A stretch of DNA of 64,000 nt. Source: Schmidtea polychroa (Eukaryota). Made by a program: the position numbers and the translations under genes. The stretch is taken from contig CM097885.1 in the NCBI GenBank assembly GCA_044892525.1, forward strand, positions 45,882,001 to 45,946,000, written 5' to 3'. Below, one piece after another: positions 1-12,900 of the stretch. Below the pieces are notes generated by a model. It worked only from the letters and a program-made list of their open reading frames with translations. It ran no database searches and was not told the DNA's origin. How positions within the stretch are numbered: the stretch's first letter is position 1; the number at the start of each line of letters is the position of its first letter.

Positions 1-289
1 ATTTAAAAATTTTAGTTTGTGTCATTTTGAAATTTTAAATGTAAAAATTATAAAAAAATTTTAAAAGTTTTTAGTAAAACAATTCATTATATTTACAACC
101 AATGAGAATTAAGAGAAAGGAAATAAAAGAAAGATTGAAGGGTATTTTGAAGAAGAACATTGCCAAATTCCAGGAGATTGACAAGGACTATCGTATAGTC
201 GAAAATTCTTTCATTATTTGCAGCAAAAGGCTTAAATTATCATTTTATTGTTTTAAATAATAAATGCTGCTACCAAGCAATCATCATTT

Positions 290-290
<1 letters not shown>
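1..290. mobile_element. Right part of a non-autonomous TIR element next to (TAA)n; second copy at ~47995-48610
   Basis: 1-260 closely matches ~48350-48610. The end (aaataataaatgctgctaccaagcaatc) is the approximate reverse complement of 47998-48026. Confidence 0.7.

Positions 291-378
<88 letters not shown>
290..378. repeat. (TAA)n microsatellite
   Basis: Seen directly. Confidence 0.98.
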
Positions 379-379
<1 letters not shown>

Positions 380-854
380 GTAATTTCTTATGAAGATTTA
401 TATTAAAGTGATTCAAAGCTGATTTATGAAATTGCTTGAACCTTTTAAATGTAATTATTTTTCTTATATTGTATATCAAATATTTTCAAAAAAAAAAAAC
501 TTACATCACCAAATTATTACTTAAAAATTTCATAAAATAAAGTTTTAATTTTTAATATATATCATAAAAATTAATTAACGAATTTGATTGTGAATTGAAC
601 GGAAGTTGAAATGAGAGCTAATTTGCAATATTTATTCACCTAGCAATGAATACATGATTTTTCATTAAGTTCAATGAAATTATTCATCATTAGCATAAAA
701 TGCACAATTATATCAATAAAATTTATAAATCGATAAAGCAGGCATTAGCATAATTATTTGTGATTGTATCAGAATCTATTTTAGAATATTATAGAAATAT
801 GAATAAAAAGAGTAAAATTAATTTTCATTAATATGTAATCCTTTAAAAAAAAAA

Positions 855-948
855 TTGACCTTGACTTTAAAAAATTTGACCTTGACCTTAAAAAATTTGA
901 CCTTGACCTTTAAAAAAAGACCTTGACCTTAAAATTTGACCTTGACCT
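855..948. repeat. Five ~21-bp tandem units with core (TT)GACCTTGAC(C/T)T
   Basis: Seen directly; units are separated by A-runs. Confidence 0.85.
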
Positions 949-1299
949 GTCCTGGAGGTGACACATCTTACTACTGTTGAATTATAGAAATATAGAGACC
1001 TACTCATGAAAATACCCATCAAATTGCTCATAGAATCATTGACATTCTTGTGATTTTGATTGTTATTGTCATATCGATTTTATAAATGTACTATAAGTTT
1101 GTTTAACTTTTTTTATTGTTATGGTTTTAAATAATAAATATCATAAATAAACTTACTACCGTCTCCCCCCCCCCAGGAGTATGCGCGCGCATCATAATCG
1201 AATAGATTGCACATGCGCAACTTATTCAAATAGATTGCGCACGCAATTTATTGTAAAAATGTATTAAAAAAATGCATTAAAAAAATTTCTATTTAAATT

Positions 1300-1774
1300 A
1301 GAATGCGTCAGGTGAGAATGAAATTCAAAAGCTCGCAGTATAGACTTCATACGCTTACCCGACCGTAAAGGAAGTCGTATACAAACGGTTTAATGCCAAA
1401 ACGTAAATCATTAAAAATGCTTCAAACATTTAAATATATGGCTAAGCCACATCCACTAACTTGCGTTAATGAATAATAATATTGGTTCAATTACGAGGAT
1501 GCCACATAATATCATGATTTTTAGGCGAGATTCAGACTAAGAGATGTTCAGTCTTAATCTCTAGGATGGTAGCTTTGAGCCACTAACCTTTCGATCAAGC
1601 ATATTTACCAGTGATCGGAATCTGCAGTTCTTCTCGCACTGAGTAGTATTACTATTATCATGACAAATTATATAGTAGGGTAAAACTAACCTGTCTAACG
1701 ACGGTCTAAACCCAGCTTAAGTTCCTTATTAACTTGTGAATAATTAAACGCTTCGCGAATTCTGCTTCGCAATC

Positions 1775-1806
<32 letters not shown>

Positions 1807-1856
1807 AGACGTCGCTATGAACACTTGGCACCACAAGCCAGTTATCCCTGTAGTAA
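1300..1856 (-). pseudogene. 28S rRNA: Degenerate 28S (LSU) rRNA fragment, 3' region
   Basis: Reverse complement of conserved LSU motifs: ccacaagccagttatccctg, ataggaagagccgacatcgaaggatcaaaaag, gacggtctaaacccagct, agggtaaaactaacctgtct. The sarcin-ricin loop is mutated (cagttcttctcgcactgag). Confidence 0.9.
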
Positions 1857-3600
1857 TATCTTAGCAAATATCTTAGCATATGCAGATGACCTAGTAATTA
1901 TTGCCAAAAAACATGCAATTGCTTTTAGGAACAATAGAAAAACTAGCAAAGCAGGAAAACCTAATATTCAAACCAGCGAAATGTGGATATTATAGAGACT
2001 CAAAGGACAAAAAATATACAATGATATACAAAAGATATACTCAAGGGTTAAGATATACAATGAAGAGAGAAGATTGGTCAATGAAGAAAACATATATGCA
2101 TACTTATGGGTAAGGATAGGATACTCAAAGAAAAAAGACTTCAATAACTTATTCGAAGAAGTAAAAGAAAAATAAAGGCAATACTTAAGTCAAAGCTAAG
2201 GAAAAACCAAAATCTGGAAGCTTATAACACATTTGGTCAATCAAAATTTGTGTATATACTGCAAGGAGAAGATATATCTAGGATAGACATAGGTAAATAC
2301 AATGAAGAAATAAAGAAGATAATAAAGGAATATATTTTAGAGCTTCAAGAAAAATGTCCATTCACAGATCTAGTAATATATTTCCCAAGAGAAAAAGGAG
2401 GATTAGGAATAACAAAAGTAATGAACGAACAAACAATACAATCAATAAATAGAACTTTAATACTACTAACTAGGAATCACAAAGCAATAAGAATAATAAT
2501 CCAAGAAGAAATTTTTGAGATTGCTAGGTTAAGAACAGAAAAAGTAATTAAGGCATTAGAGGAGGCCCTAAAGTGGTTAGATGGGAGTTACAAATATAAG
2601 AAGAATAGAAATTTCAAGACTACATGGATAACACGAGTTAGGGAAGCAATACACACACTACAGAAGAAATATGGAATTACATTAAGAATTACAATAGAAG
2701 AAGAAATAATTACATGTAGGATAAAGTTTAAAACTTAGGAAAGAGAAAAAGTCCTAAAAGAACCAAAGGATTTATCAAAGACACTCCACTGGATGATCAA
2801 AGAAGCTTATTATAAGGAATGGATTAGTCTAAAATTCCAGGGAAATATAATAAATTTGAAGAAATCTGAACATATGTAATGGAAAATTCCAAAGGGTCTC
2901 CCAGATGCCGTCTGGAAATTCCTAATAAAAGCAAGAACAAACATGCTGGACATAGACATGTAGCAAGCAAACCAAGGAGGTAGATTAGGTAGCACAAAAT
3001 GCAGGAAATGTGATGATAAGAAATCGGCAAGCCATGTCATTAATCACTGCCTATCAGGACCAAGGAGTAGGGTAGAAAAACACAATAGTATAATGAACAT
3101 AATAGCAGTGATACAAAGAAAGAAGAATATAAATTTTGAGAAGGACTCGGTACCAAAATAAATAAGCGGAAACTTAAGACCGGACTTAGTGGTAAGACTC
3201 AAAGAAAACATAATGATAATAAATATAAAATGTCTATTTGATGAAGAAAAAAAGGCAAATATGGAAAAATATAGAGAAATCGCAAAGGAAATTCAAAGAA
3301 AAACAGGACTACAATAAAAGTATTTACCTTTTTTTTCTTTTTTTTTGCTCATTAGTGACATGGGATATAAAGAACAATGAAGTAATAAGAAAATTAGGGA
3401 TCACATATGAGGATATGAAAGATATGAGAAGAAAAATGATACAATCAGTAATTCACGGATCAAGGAAAACATACGACCAGCATAGGAACTTTAGGAATGG
3501 ATAAGAAAAAAGAAAAAACCGATGAACTGTGTAGTCATCTATATTAACACTTAGAAAACACAGATGCCCACCTATACAGGTTGTTGAATGTAAATGTTAT
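1857..3600 (+). mobile_element. 5'-truncated, decayed non-LTR retrotransposon with restriction-like endonuclease (R2/R4/NeSL group)
   Basis: RT motif ILAYADDLVII (YADD at 1879-1890), KPAKC, YFPREKGGLGI, CCHC knuckle (CRKC...SHVINHC, ~3000-3050) and RPDLV nuclease motif (~3180). Multiple stops and frameshifts. The 3' boundary is approximate. Confidence 0.88.
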
Positions 3601-3649
3601 AAATGTTCAAAATGCTAGGTTATAGCATCACAGTAGAAATACAGTATAA

Positions 3650-3780
3650 AGTAAGGAAGCTTTTCCCTTATAGTCAACACCAGATTTCTGTCCTAGTTGA
3701 GCTTCCCTTGGGACATCTACGTTACCATTTGACAGATGTACCGCCCCAGTCATACTCTCCACCTGACACTGTCCTCAAAA
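3650..3780 (-). pseudogene. 28S rRNA: Degenerate 28S rRNA fragment, upstream continuation of the 1300-1856 piece
   Basis: tttgacagatgtaccgccccagtca...ccacctgaca and tttctgtcct...tgagct match the reverse complement of the LSU segment just 5' of the other fragment. Confidence 0.85.
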
Positions 3781-5486
3781 CTGTTCAATTACATCCGAAG
3801 ATCGCTATTTTTTCACAAAATAAAATTAACAAAAGTTAATTATACTGCAAAAGAAACAATCAGAGTCACCATAACATTAAAAGATTTTTGTTAAAAAACA
3901 AAATTTAAAAATTTAAAAAGCTAATTTTAAAAAAATAGTACTGAGTAAATATTTGTATTGATATTCATCTCATGTATCCAAATTATTCTTAAATTACATC
4001 ATTGTTGTAGTTTTAGTTGAAGAATCACACCTATGAATAAAATACATTCATCTTCGAGTAAATCATCTTTTTAAACAATTATATTAATCTCTATGTCGAA
4101 TCGATTGAAACATGGAAAGAACTCCATTTTACTTTCAGTTAAGATTTCCGTTTTCAAATAAGTTTCTTTATCTCGATCAAAAAGTTCAGAAAGAATTTCA
4201 AGTAGCAAAGGGAAATAAAACAACAAGAACTAATTCAGGAATTCTGCAACCAATTTTCCCCTCAATCTGAATTTATTTGAAATATTTCTGTACAAAAATC
4301 AATTCGTTACGAGTCCCCTGATGTCAAACAAATTACCGTTAAATTTGAGAAATGTAAATAATTCAAGTTTTTTTTTGTTCAAAATACTAAATAAGAAATA
4401 AAAATAGCTGAAAAGTAGATTAAATTGTGAAAAATAAGTGAGACTTAAAATAGTCCATCATAATAAATGATAATTATCATTAAAAAAATTTGCGAAAGTT
4501 ATATTATATAAATATAATTTTTTCTTGTTATGTTAATGAAATTTGTGATAATATTTAAAAAATGAGGAACGTATATAAGAGTTCGCAAACTATTTGAGTG
4601 CATAAACTATTAAAATATAGCCAATTATCTTTTTTTTTTAAAAGACTCATTGGGGAGACTGTAGCCATTTTCTGTTTTATGAATATTTAAAATATATAAA
4701 ACATAAAATAATAATAGAAATAATAAGTAATATTAATAATAATAAAATTGGAAAACAAATAAAATTAAATAAATAATTAATAAAAATAAAATGAATTTAA
4801 ATACAAATAAATTATTAAATTTAATTAAAAATAAATAAAAATAAGATAAATAGTTCAGAATAAATAATAAAATAGAGTCAAATTATTAATAGAAGAAAAA
4901 TAATTCTAAATTAATATTAGGAAGAACAAAGAATTTAAATAAATAAATAATAAAGGTAATTAATTATTACACATAATTTAAAATCCCGTTTTACTTAGTA
5001 TTGAAATATTTATCGATTACCGTTATTTTGTAAGTAGTAAAGGGTTTGGGGTATCAAAAATTGACCTAGGTATGACAATTTTATCTAATATAGTCATTTA
5101 TTCGAAAATACGACTTTATCTATAGAAAGGATTTGAACTACATTCATCATGCGCTTTTCAAAAGAATTCTTTTTTTCATAGTAAATATAGTAAATATAAT
5201 ATGGGTGTTCTAAATGATTGTGAAGCAGACATAATTTGCGATATTTTGATAATTTATAATTGACTCTCTAGTACAATGATTTCCAATCTTCTTTCCGCGA
5301 AACATTTTTTGGATATGTGTATATTCAATAAAGACAGATTTCTTTGTAAGTTTGAATTAACGGAGACCATAATTTTTATTCTCGGTTAGTAAAAGCGAAC
5401 TATATGCGTATTTCAATTGAAAATACCTGCCTCAAACTTTTTGCATTAGTAATCCTAAAGAGTTTTCAAAAGGTTACCTGAGTAAT

Positions 5487-5597
5487 TTCATAGGTTAAAA
5501 TGGTTCAAAAAAGACTCCAAAGGTTGAATATCACTGTTATTGACTATGACAGTGACATTCAACCTTGGAAGTCTTTTGAACTATTTTAACCTTTGAA
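5487..5597. repeat. ~110-bp imperfect palindrome (hairpin, MITE-like)
   Basis: ggttaaaatggttcaaaa...aaggttgaatatcactgt pairs with acagtgacattcaacctt...ttttgaactattttaacc. Confidence 0.8.
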
Positions 5598-6992
5598 AAA
5601 AATTTATGTAGCTTTTTGTTTCGATAAATTAAAAGTTAAAATTTTTAAATTATTCTACTCTCATAAATCATTTTTCGAAAGCCATACGATTTCTTCAACC
5701 ACTATGTTTTAGTGATCTAGGGTTTGTAACGTTGTAATTTAAATTTATGGCAGAGATTAAATGTGTAATTTCTTTTGATTTTTTTGTTGGAAATTTTATA
5801 TTTTGTTCAATTTTATGGTTCTTCATAAAATAATAATTTATTTAAAGATAGTTGTTACAAATTTGTAAAGTTTCTAAATTGTTGCAAACTTGAATGGATG
5901 ACAATTAAAACAAATTTGTTTTTTTTGAAAACGATTAACTCTAATAAGTTGTCATTTAATAAAGTTATTAAGAAACATGAATAGTGATTTACATTTTCGG
6001 TAAGGTTTTGGATTTTTTGAACATAATGATGAATTACAAGAAGTTAAAAAAAAACTTTTAGTTAAGAAAACAATCGCCAGTCTCTTCAAAGCTCTCAAGG
6101 GCAAATATATTGCTATTATATTAATGAGACTTTCAGGATATATTTTTATTATGGTAAACCATGTTTGAGGAGATTGTAAATAATTGCTCCACCTATATGT
6201 GGTTTATTTTATTCAATTTTTTATTATTAAGAAATACCCTTCAACCACATTAGAAACTTCTCCCTTACAAATTGTCATTTTTGAATTTATTTTATAATTT
6301 TTTTTTTCTTGCAAATGTGTTGAAGCATTCAAACAAAATTCTTTAATTTGAAATGTTTACATTAAATTTTCCACATGATAAGACCTTGGTGGTCGATTTC
6401 TTACACAAATGATACAAAAATATTAAAACATTTATATTCGAATAATGAGGGACAAGAGAAATAAAAATGAATATGTTTATATAAATATTTTAATCACAAT
6501 TCTCAAAAGTGTCAAAATTAAATAAATATGTAATTTCAATAATTAAATGACTGCCAGGGCTAATTACATATTTGCAGCGGGTGCAAGATAAATTGGGTGT
6601 TTTTCACTGGATCTAGGCTATTTTCAATTATTTTTGATTTCCCGATAAATGCCTTTTGATCTGAGAAATTTTAAAAATGATATTTTCTTACATCTTTTAT
6701 AATATTATCATACATTTGTATTTTCCATTTTTTAGCTTGATTAATTTTTTTAACATATTTCGTGAGCAACGACGATTATAGTCATTGTATATTGGAATGC
6801 CGATTTGACTATAGATATATAATTGGGAAAGGGAATGCTTGAAAATAGTACAACTGACAAAGTTTATTAGAAAAAGTCCAAGTTTTTTAGAATTTCGTAC
6901 ATGCATATAACAAAACATAATAGAAACGAAACCAGATAAGCTGGACTGGCAATGTATTAATTTTTGTTGACAGGAATTTGGGTCATTTAAAT

Positions 6993-7429
6993 CAGAGGTT
7001 CTCAACCTTTTCAAACCCAAAGACCAGCCACTAATGATTAGGTGGTTTGGGGACGAGCCTCAGCCGAAAACGATTTTTTTTGCATTAGAAGCTTTATTTA
7101 GGGTAGGTTTTGGGTTGTCTTGGAAGTAAATCGGAGACAAATTCACAAGCATTTAAAGTAAATTTAGTTTAAAGCTTTAGCTGTTTAATATTTGTGCACA
7201 ATTTGTCCTGCCATCTGACGAATGCATTTGCAATATTAATTTATATTTTAATAGTTTTAAATTTGGGCTACTTTGACATTTTTAAATTATTAAAACTATA
7301 ATTTTAAGCGTTTTCTGTTCATGAATAGAAGGTTTATTGAAAAAATATAAATAAAAACAAAAACACACAATTCTAGCACCACGTTCATGGACCACCAGTG
7401 GTCCGCGAACCACAGGTTGAGAACCTCTG
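6993..7429. mobile_element. hAT (Charlie-like) MITE
   Basis: TIR CAGAGGTTCTCAACCT / AGGTTGAGAACCTCTG; 8-bp TSD ATTTAAAT on both sides. Confidence 0.9.
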
Positions 7430-7511
7430 ATTTAAATAATATTAAATATGTATTGTAATATTATAAGATTTTTTTTCAACTTTTTACCACTGATTTCTTT
7501 TCAATTGACAT

Positions 7512-7711
7512 TGTATTTATTAAAAGGCTTGACTATGAATCAGTAATCAGTAAATACATCGATGTTTTTTTGATATTCGCGAATATTTGCCACTGCTTTT
7601 TCAAGTGATCTTGATCAAAATCACTAGAAAAAGGCAGTGCCGAAAATTCATGAATATCAAAAATAAACATCGATATATATTATTGATTCATAGTCAAGCT
7701 TTTAATAAATA
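7512..7711. repeat. ~200-bp palindromic repeat element
   Basis: tatttattaaaaggcttgactatgaatca ... tgattcatagtcaagcttttaataaata. Related fragments flank the MULE at ~33170-33220 and ~34940-34990. Confidence 0.75.
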
Positions 7712-8021
7712 CAATGGCCGCCGCTTATTATAATCACGTTTAATATTATCATTCGCTAATATTAGCACTTTTACTAAATTCTGCCGCATATTCCTTTTTA
7801 TATTGAAAATTATCTATTAAAAAATTCGCTTATCACTTTTTGAATTTAAAATATCAATTAAATCTCAATTAAAATCTTTAAATTCAATGTTTCATTGAAA
7901 ATAATTATTGAAAAATCAAATCCTTGTCTTTAAAAAATGATTACGTGCAATTGGATTTACGTTTACTTTCTGTTTAATTAAAAGTGTTATAAAAATTTAA
8001 AACTTTTTTTAACAAACCAAA

Positions 8022-8775
8022 ATGTCCGAGAAACAGAAATAAAGAAAAGACTTAACACTGAAGGAAAAGGTTCAAATTATTGATAACTATGACAAGTTAC
8101 CGAAAATGGGTCAAAAAAATGCATCTATTCAATTAAAAATCTCTCAACCTTTACTTTGTAAAATTCTTAAAAATCGAGATGAAATTTTGAGTGGAGCAAA
8201 ACTAAATGAAAATTTTAGTCATATGCGAAAACGGGTTGGAAAGGATTCTCAGGTTGAATCTGCTTTAAAAAATTTGGTTTACTCATGTTCGAGAAAATGA
8301 TGCACGTGTTGATGGGCCTCTGATGAGACAGAAAGCTGAAGAGCTTGCCACTAGAATGGGAAAAGATGATTTTTTTGCTACAGATGGATGGTTTAATCGG
8401 TGGGGGAAAAGGGAAAACATTATTTAGAAACGCACTCATAATGAGCAAAAAGATTCTGATTTTTAGGAGCTGAAGCATGACTCATTGAGGAGTGGCCAAA
8501 GATTATTGCAGATAATGTTTACAATACAGATGAAACTGGCATGTACTATCGTGCTTTGCCTGAGCACACTTTTATGCTCAAAAATGAGAGCTCCAAAACT
8601 TCAAAAGAACGTTTGACAGTATTTTGTTGTGTAAGCATGTCAGACAGCAAATCAAAACTGTTGGTTATTAGAAAATCAGCAAACCCAAGATGCCTTAAAG
8701 GTGTAAAACAGCTTCTAGTTGATTACTATTCTAACAAAAATGCTTGGATGACAACTCTGATTTTTAATGAATGGC
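8022..8775 (+). pseudogene. Tigger transposase, 5' half (CENP-B-type HTH and start of DDE domain)
   Basis: RKDLTLKEKVQII, VYNTDETGMYYRALP, SKERLTVFCC, YYSNKNAWMTTLIFNEW; stops and frameshifts. Confidence 0.9.
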
Positions 8776-9606
8776 AGTAGTGTGGTTATATACCCAACCA
8801 AAACAGCCCCCCAACAAAAACATGCCTCCAAATCACTTAAGCTATTAGAAAAACAACCTAAAACTTATACTTTTATAGTATTTTAACCCTATATTTTGAA
8901 AACAACCACCCTTAATGACTCTAACTGTTTTAATCTTTAAAGCCTCAAACTCAAAAGCTTCAAACTAAAAAGAGAATAGAAAAGAAAATGGCATTATGAA
9001 AAAGTTAGAGGGCTATTTGATCTTTATCAGATTATTGATTTTAAATTATATAAATTAAAAAATAAATGAAAAATAGTAAAACTGCTCTGAGGGGACAGTG
9101 GTATTATTTTTTTTTTTTCACTGTCCCCTCAACAGTTTTCTTTGATCCGGATCATTTTTTTTATTTATCAACCTCTTTCGTTTATCGAATCTCTTCCAAT
9201 ATACAAGCTGGCCAGACTCATACATCAGAATCAATCCGATAATAGCAGCACACCTTATTATTCGCTTCTCGCTCACGAAGTCGATTTCATCGGCGTTTTA
9301 AGTGTGCTGCTCGAAAGTACAAATGAATTCGAAAGCGAATTCGAAAGAGGTCCGAAAACAACTGAGAAATAAATGTGCACATTACCGGGATCGATCCGGG
9401 GGTGTTCGAAAGACAGGTGGCGATAATTACCGGTTCGCCACCATCACCCGTTTCAATATTTTTTTTTTCATATTTATGTTTAAAAAATAAAATAAAATAA
9501 AATAAATAAAATAAAATATACAAGTACTTTATAAATATAAGATATCCACACTATTTTCAATATTATTTTCAAATTTTTAATATTATTTTATGTTGAAAAA
9601 AAACTA

Positions 9607-9678
9607 ACCTCAGATGTGATTTGAACCACTATCCATTTGAACCACTGTGCCAGTCTATTCTCACTGCGCCATCAAGGT
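9607..9678 (-). ncRNA. tRNA-like Pol III gene (left-TIR mirror of 23353-23424)
   Basis: Minus strand: A box TGGCGCAGTGA (one mismatch versus the right copy), B box GGTTCAAATC, T-run terminator. Confidence 0.65.
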
Positions 9679-9839
9679 TTGAATTTTTGTCATTTTTTTA
9701 ATTTTTAATTTATAAAAAAATAAAATAAAATAAAATAAATAAAATAAAATATACAAGTACTTTATAAATATAAGATACCCACACTATTTTCAATATTATT
9801 TTCAAATTTTCAAAATTATTTTATGTTGAAAAAAAACTA

Positions 9840-9910
9840 ACCTCAGATGTGATTTGAACCGCTAGCATTTTGAACCACTGTGTCAGTCTAGCCCACTGTG
9901 CCATCAAGGT
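9840..9910 (-). ncRNA. tRNA-like Pol III gene (left-TIR mirror of 23121-23191)
   Basis: Minus strand: A box TGGCACAGTGG, B box GGTTCAAATC, T-run terminator. Confidence 0.7.
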
Positions 9911-9977
9911 TTGGATTTTTTGTCATTTTTTAAATTTTTATTATAAAAAATGAATAATATAAATCTTAAAAAATAAA

Positions 9978-12900
9978 ATGAAAACAGGGTATCCAATAAA
10001 AAATTTTTTTCTAAAAATGAATTGTAATATTTGCAATAAAGTTTTTAAAAATAAAACTGGATTAATTTCTCACTTAAAATCGAAAGCTCATTTATTAAAA
10101 GAAAATAATCTTAATGATACAAATTCAAAACTTTGTCTTAAATGTAAAGGAAGATTTCTACATTCTGGATATAATAAACATTTTGAAAATTGTATCGGGA
10201 AAAATAGAGAAATATTTACATGTCCTCATTGTAACTTTTCAACAAAACTAAATTTCTATTATTTAGAACATATAAAAGAATGTAAAAATAAAAAACAAAA
10301 TTCTGACGATGAGGAATGTCATTCAGAAGGAGAACCTGATCATGTTGAAAGAGAAAAATATAACTGGGATAATTTTAATCATATAGATGAATTTCAATTA
10401 AAAATTAATGGGCCTGCAACTCCTGGAGAATATATAAATAAAAATAAAAAAAATATTAAAAATTCTTTCACTGAAGCTTTAAAAAATTATAAACCGACAA
10501 GGTATAATGTTATAAAATATAAAATTATAATCAAAGCAAAATACTGGCGAGGAGCAGAAGAAAAGACAACACCTTTAGATGTTGAAATTGGAATACCTTT
10601 TAAATATTTATTTTCAATTAAAGGATTTGATAAAACCATCAAAGAAATAATTAAAGCAGCAGAAGCAAAACAAGAGGAAGTAGAAAATGAATTAGGAGAT
10701 TCAAACTTAGTATTCAACTCTTTCCAAACTTTAGTGATTGATTATTGGAGAGGATTACCACCCAATCCTAAATCTTATATTCCTACACCCTTTAAATCTA
10801 AAAATGTTATAAATGTACAGAATAATGATAACAAATGTTTCATCTGGTCAATACTTGCACATTTACATCCTCAAGCAACAAATCCCCAAAGAGTTTCAAA
10901 ATACAAACAATATGAAAATGAATTAATATTTCCCAAAGGATTCAAACACCCAATGAAACTAGAAGACATTCCAGAATTTGAAAAATTAAATAATCTTAAA
11001 CTTAATATTTATGAACATGTTATAGGGAAAGAAATTATTCCAATTTATATTTCAGATAGTGGAACCAAGGATAACGGAGCACAGGACAACGAGATATATC
11101 TTTTAATCTTGGAACAACAAAATAATCAACATTATGTTTTAATAAAAAACTTTCAAGCTTTTACATCTCCAGAGAATCCAACTAGTGGAGGAGGAACATG
11201 TAAAAGATGTCTTCATTATTCAACAACTAAAAACTCTATGATTAAACATACAAGATTTTGTGAAAAAGATGATCCAGCTTTAATTAAAATGCCTAATAAT
11301 CCCAAGATGTATTTTAAAAACTTTTCAAATTTACTACAAACAGTTGGAGTTCTTTATGGTGACTTTGAATCTATAAACCATAAACAAGATTTGGTTTATC
11401 AATATTTAAAAATAATAGAAAAAAATAAACTCATGGATTTATGGAACTCCTCAGGAGAGAAGATGAAACCAGAGAGGATGAAAGCCTTTCTAAGAAAAAG
11501 AAATAAACCTAATAGTGTTAAAAAAACTAAACAATTACCATCTGCTTATAAATTATTATTTAAAAGTAATTATCCTGAACTCATAGAATCTAGAGAATAT
11601 ACATTTCGAGGAATTTCAGAAACAGAAGTCTTGAATCATTTTACTAAAAGTATAAATGATCTAGAACATGAAATATTTAAAGTATTAAAAACAAACTATC
11701 CTCAAAATATTTCTAATCAACAACAACAAGAATATGAAAATACTTCCAACTGTTGGATGTGTAAACAGAATATTCTTCCTGATGAAAAAGTTATAGATCA
11801 TGATCATTTAAAAAAGGAAAATAATTATCGAGGAGCAGCTCATAAAAATTGCAATCTTAATTGCCATACTCCTAAATTTATACCTGTTATATTTCATAAT
11901 CTTTTTGGATATGACATACATCTATTTAATAAACATTTAGCAGCAAATGCTAAAAACTCTTTCAAAGTTATCGGCTTAACAAAAGAAAAATATAAATCAG
12001 TTGAATATGGAAAATTAAAATTTATAGACTCGTTAAACTTTCTCCAAATGTCTCTAGATGCAGTAGCAAAAACAATGAAACCAGAAAATTTTAAAATCAC
12101 TCGAGAATTCTTGGAAAAAAATAATATTCCTCTAGAAGAATATCCTAGCAAAAGGAATATATCCTTATGACTATGTTGACTCGTTTGAAAGATATAATGA
12201 AACAAGTCTTCCTAGCCAAGAAGATTTCTATTCACAACTTCAAAAAATCATATTACAAATCAAGAATATTCTCGAGCAAATAAAATGTGGGAATTATTCA
12301 AGTGTAAAACTTTAGGAGAATATACAAGTATGTATTTATCCTTGGATGTTTATATTCTAGCAGATTGCTTTGAAGAATTTACAAAATCTTTTGTTCTTAA
12401 ACCTTATAATTATATAACTGCACCCTCTTTAGCTTGGGATACTTTATTATATACCATTTGGACTTCAAATATAGAAGAAGGTGATAAAATTATAGATCTT
12501 TTAACTAACCTCGATATGTTTAACCAAATTAAAACAAACATTAGAGGAGGAGTCTCTTCAGTAATGGGGAATAGAGAAATAAAAGCTAGAAATGCAATAA
12601 CTACTAGCCGAAGACTATCTAAACACCCTGATGATCCATATATGAAAATTAACAATGAGGAATTAAAAGAATTATTAGAAACAATGAAAAATCCTATATT
12701 TATACTTTATATAGATGCAACAGCTTTATATTCAGGAATTATGACTCAATTTTTACCAATGGGTGATTTCACTGAAATAGAGAACCCAACAGATGACCTT
12801 ATGAAAGAAATACTTTCAACATCGAAAGATTCTCCAATAGGTTACTTTATAGAATGCGACCTCGACTATCCAGATGATATAAAATCAGGAACAAAATATT

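Larger units (their letters stand above)
8776..9932 (+). repeat. Polinton left TIR (~1157 bp)
   Basis: Reverse complement of 23099-24248 apart from a handful of substitutions and homopolymer differences. Confidence 0.96.

Noticed and set aside
270..479. Poly-Y/I/L/N ORFs here and at 46628-48868, 53528-53917 and 59866-60192
   Set aside because: Translations of (TAA)n microsatellites, not genes.
1300..3780. Functional rRNA gene or canonical R2 insertion
   Set aside because: The rDNA is partial with mutated universal positions; the element is antisense and the R2 target sequence is not at the junction.
9142..9523. Short ORFs in the TIR, with a mirror at 23658-23888
   Set aside because: No recognisable motifs; the duplication simply reflects the TIR.
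12130..12290. Programmed frameshift or two separate genes in pPolB
   Set aside because: Two opposite single-base shifts about 100 nt apart inside a conserved region fit mutation or sequencing error better.
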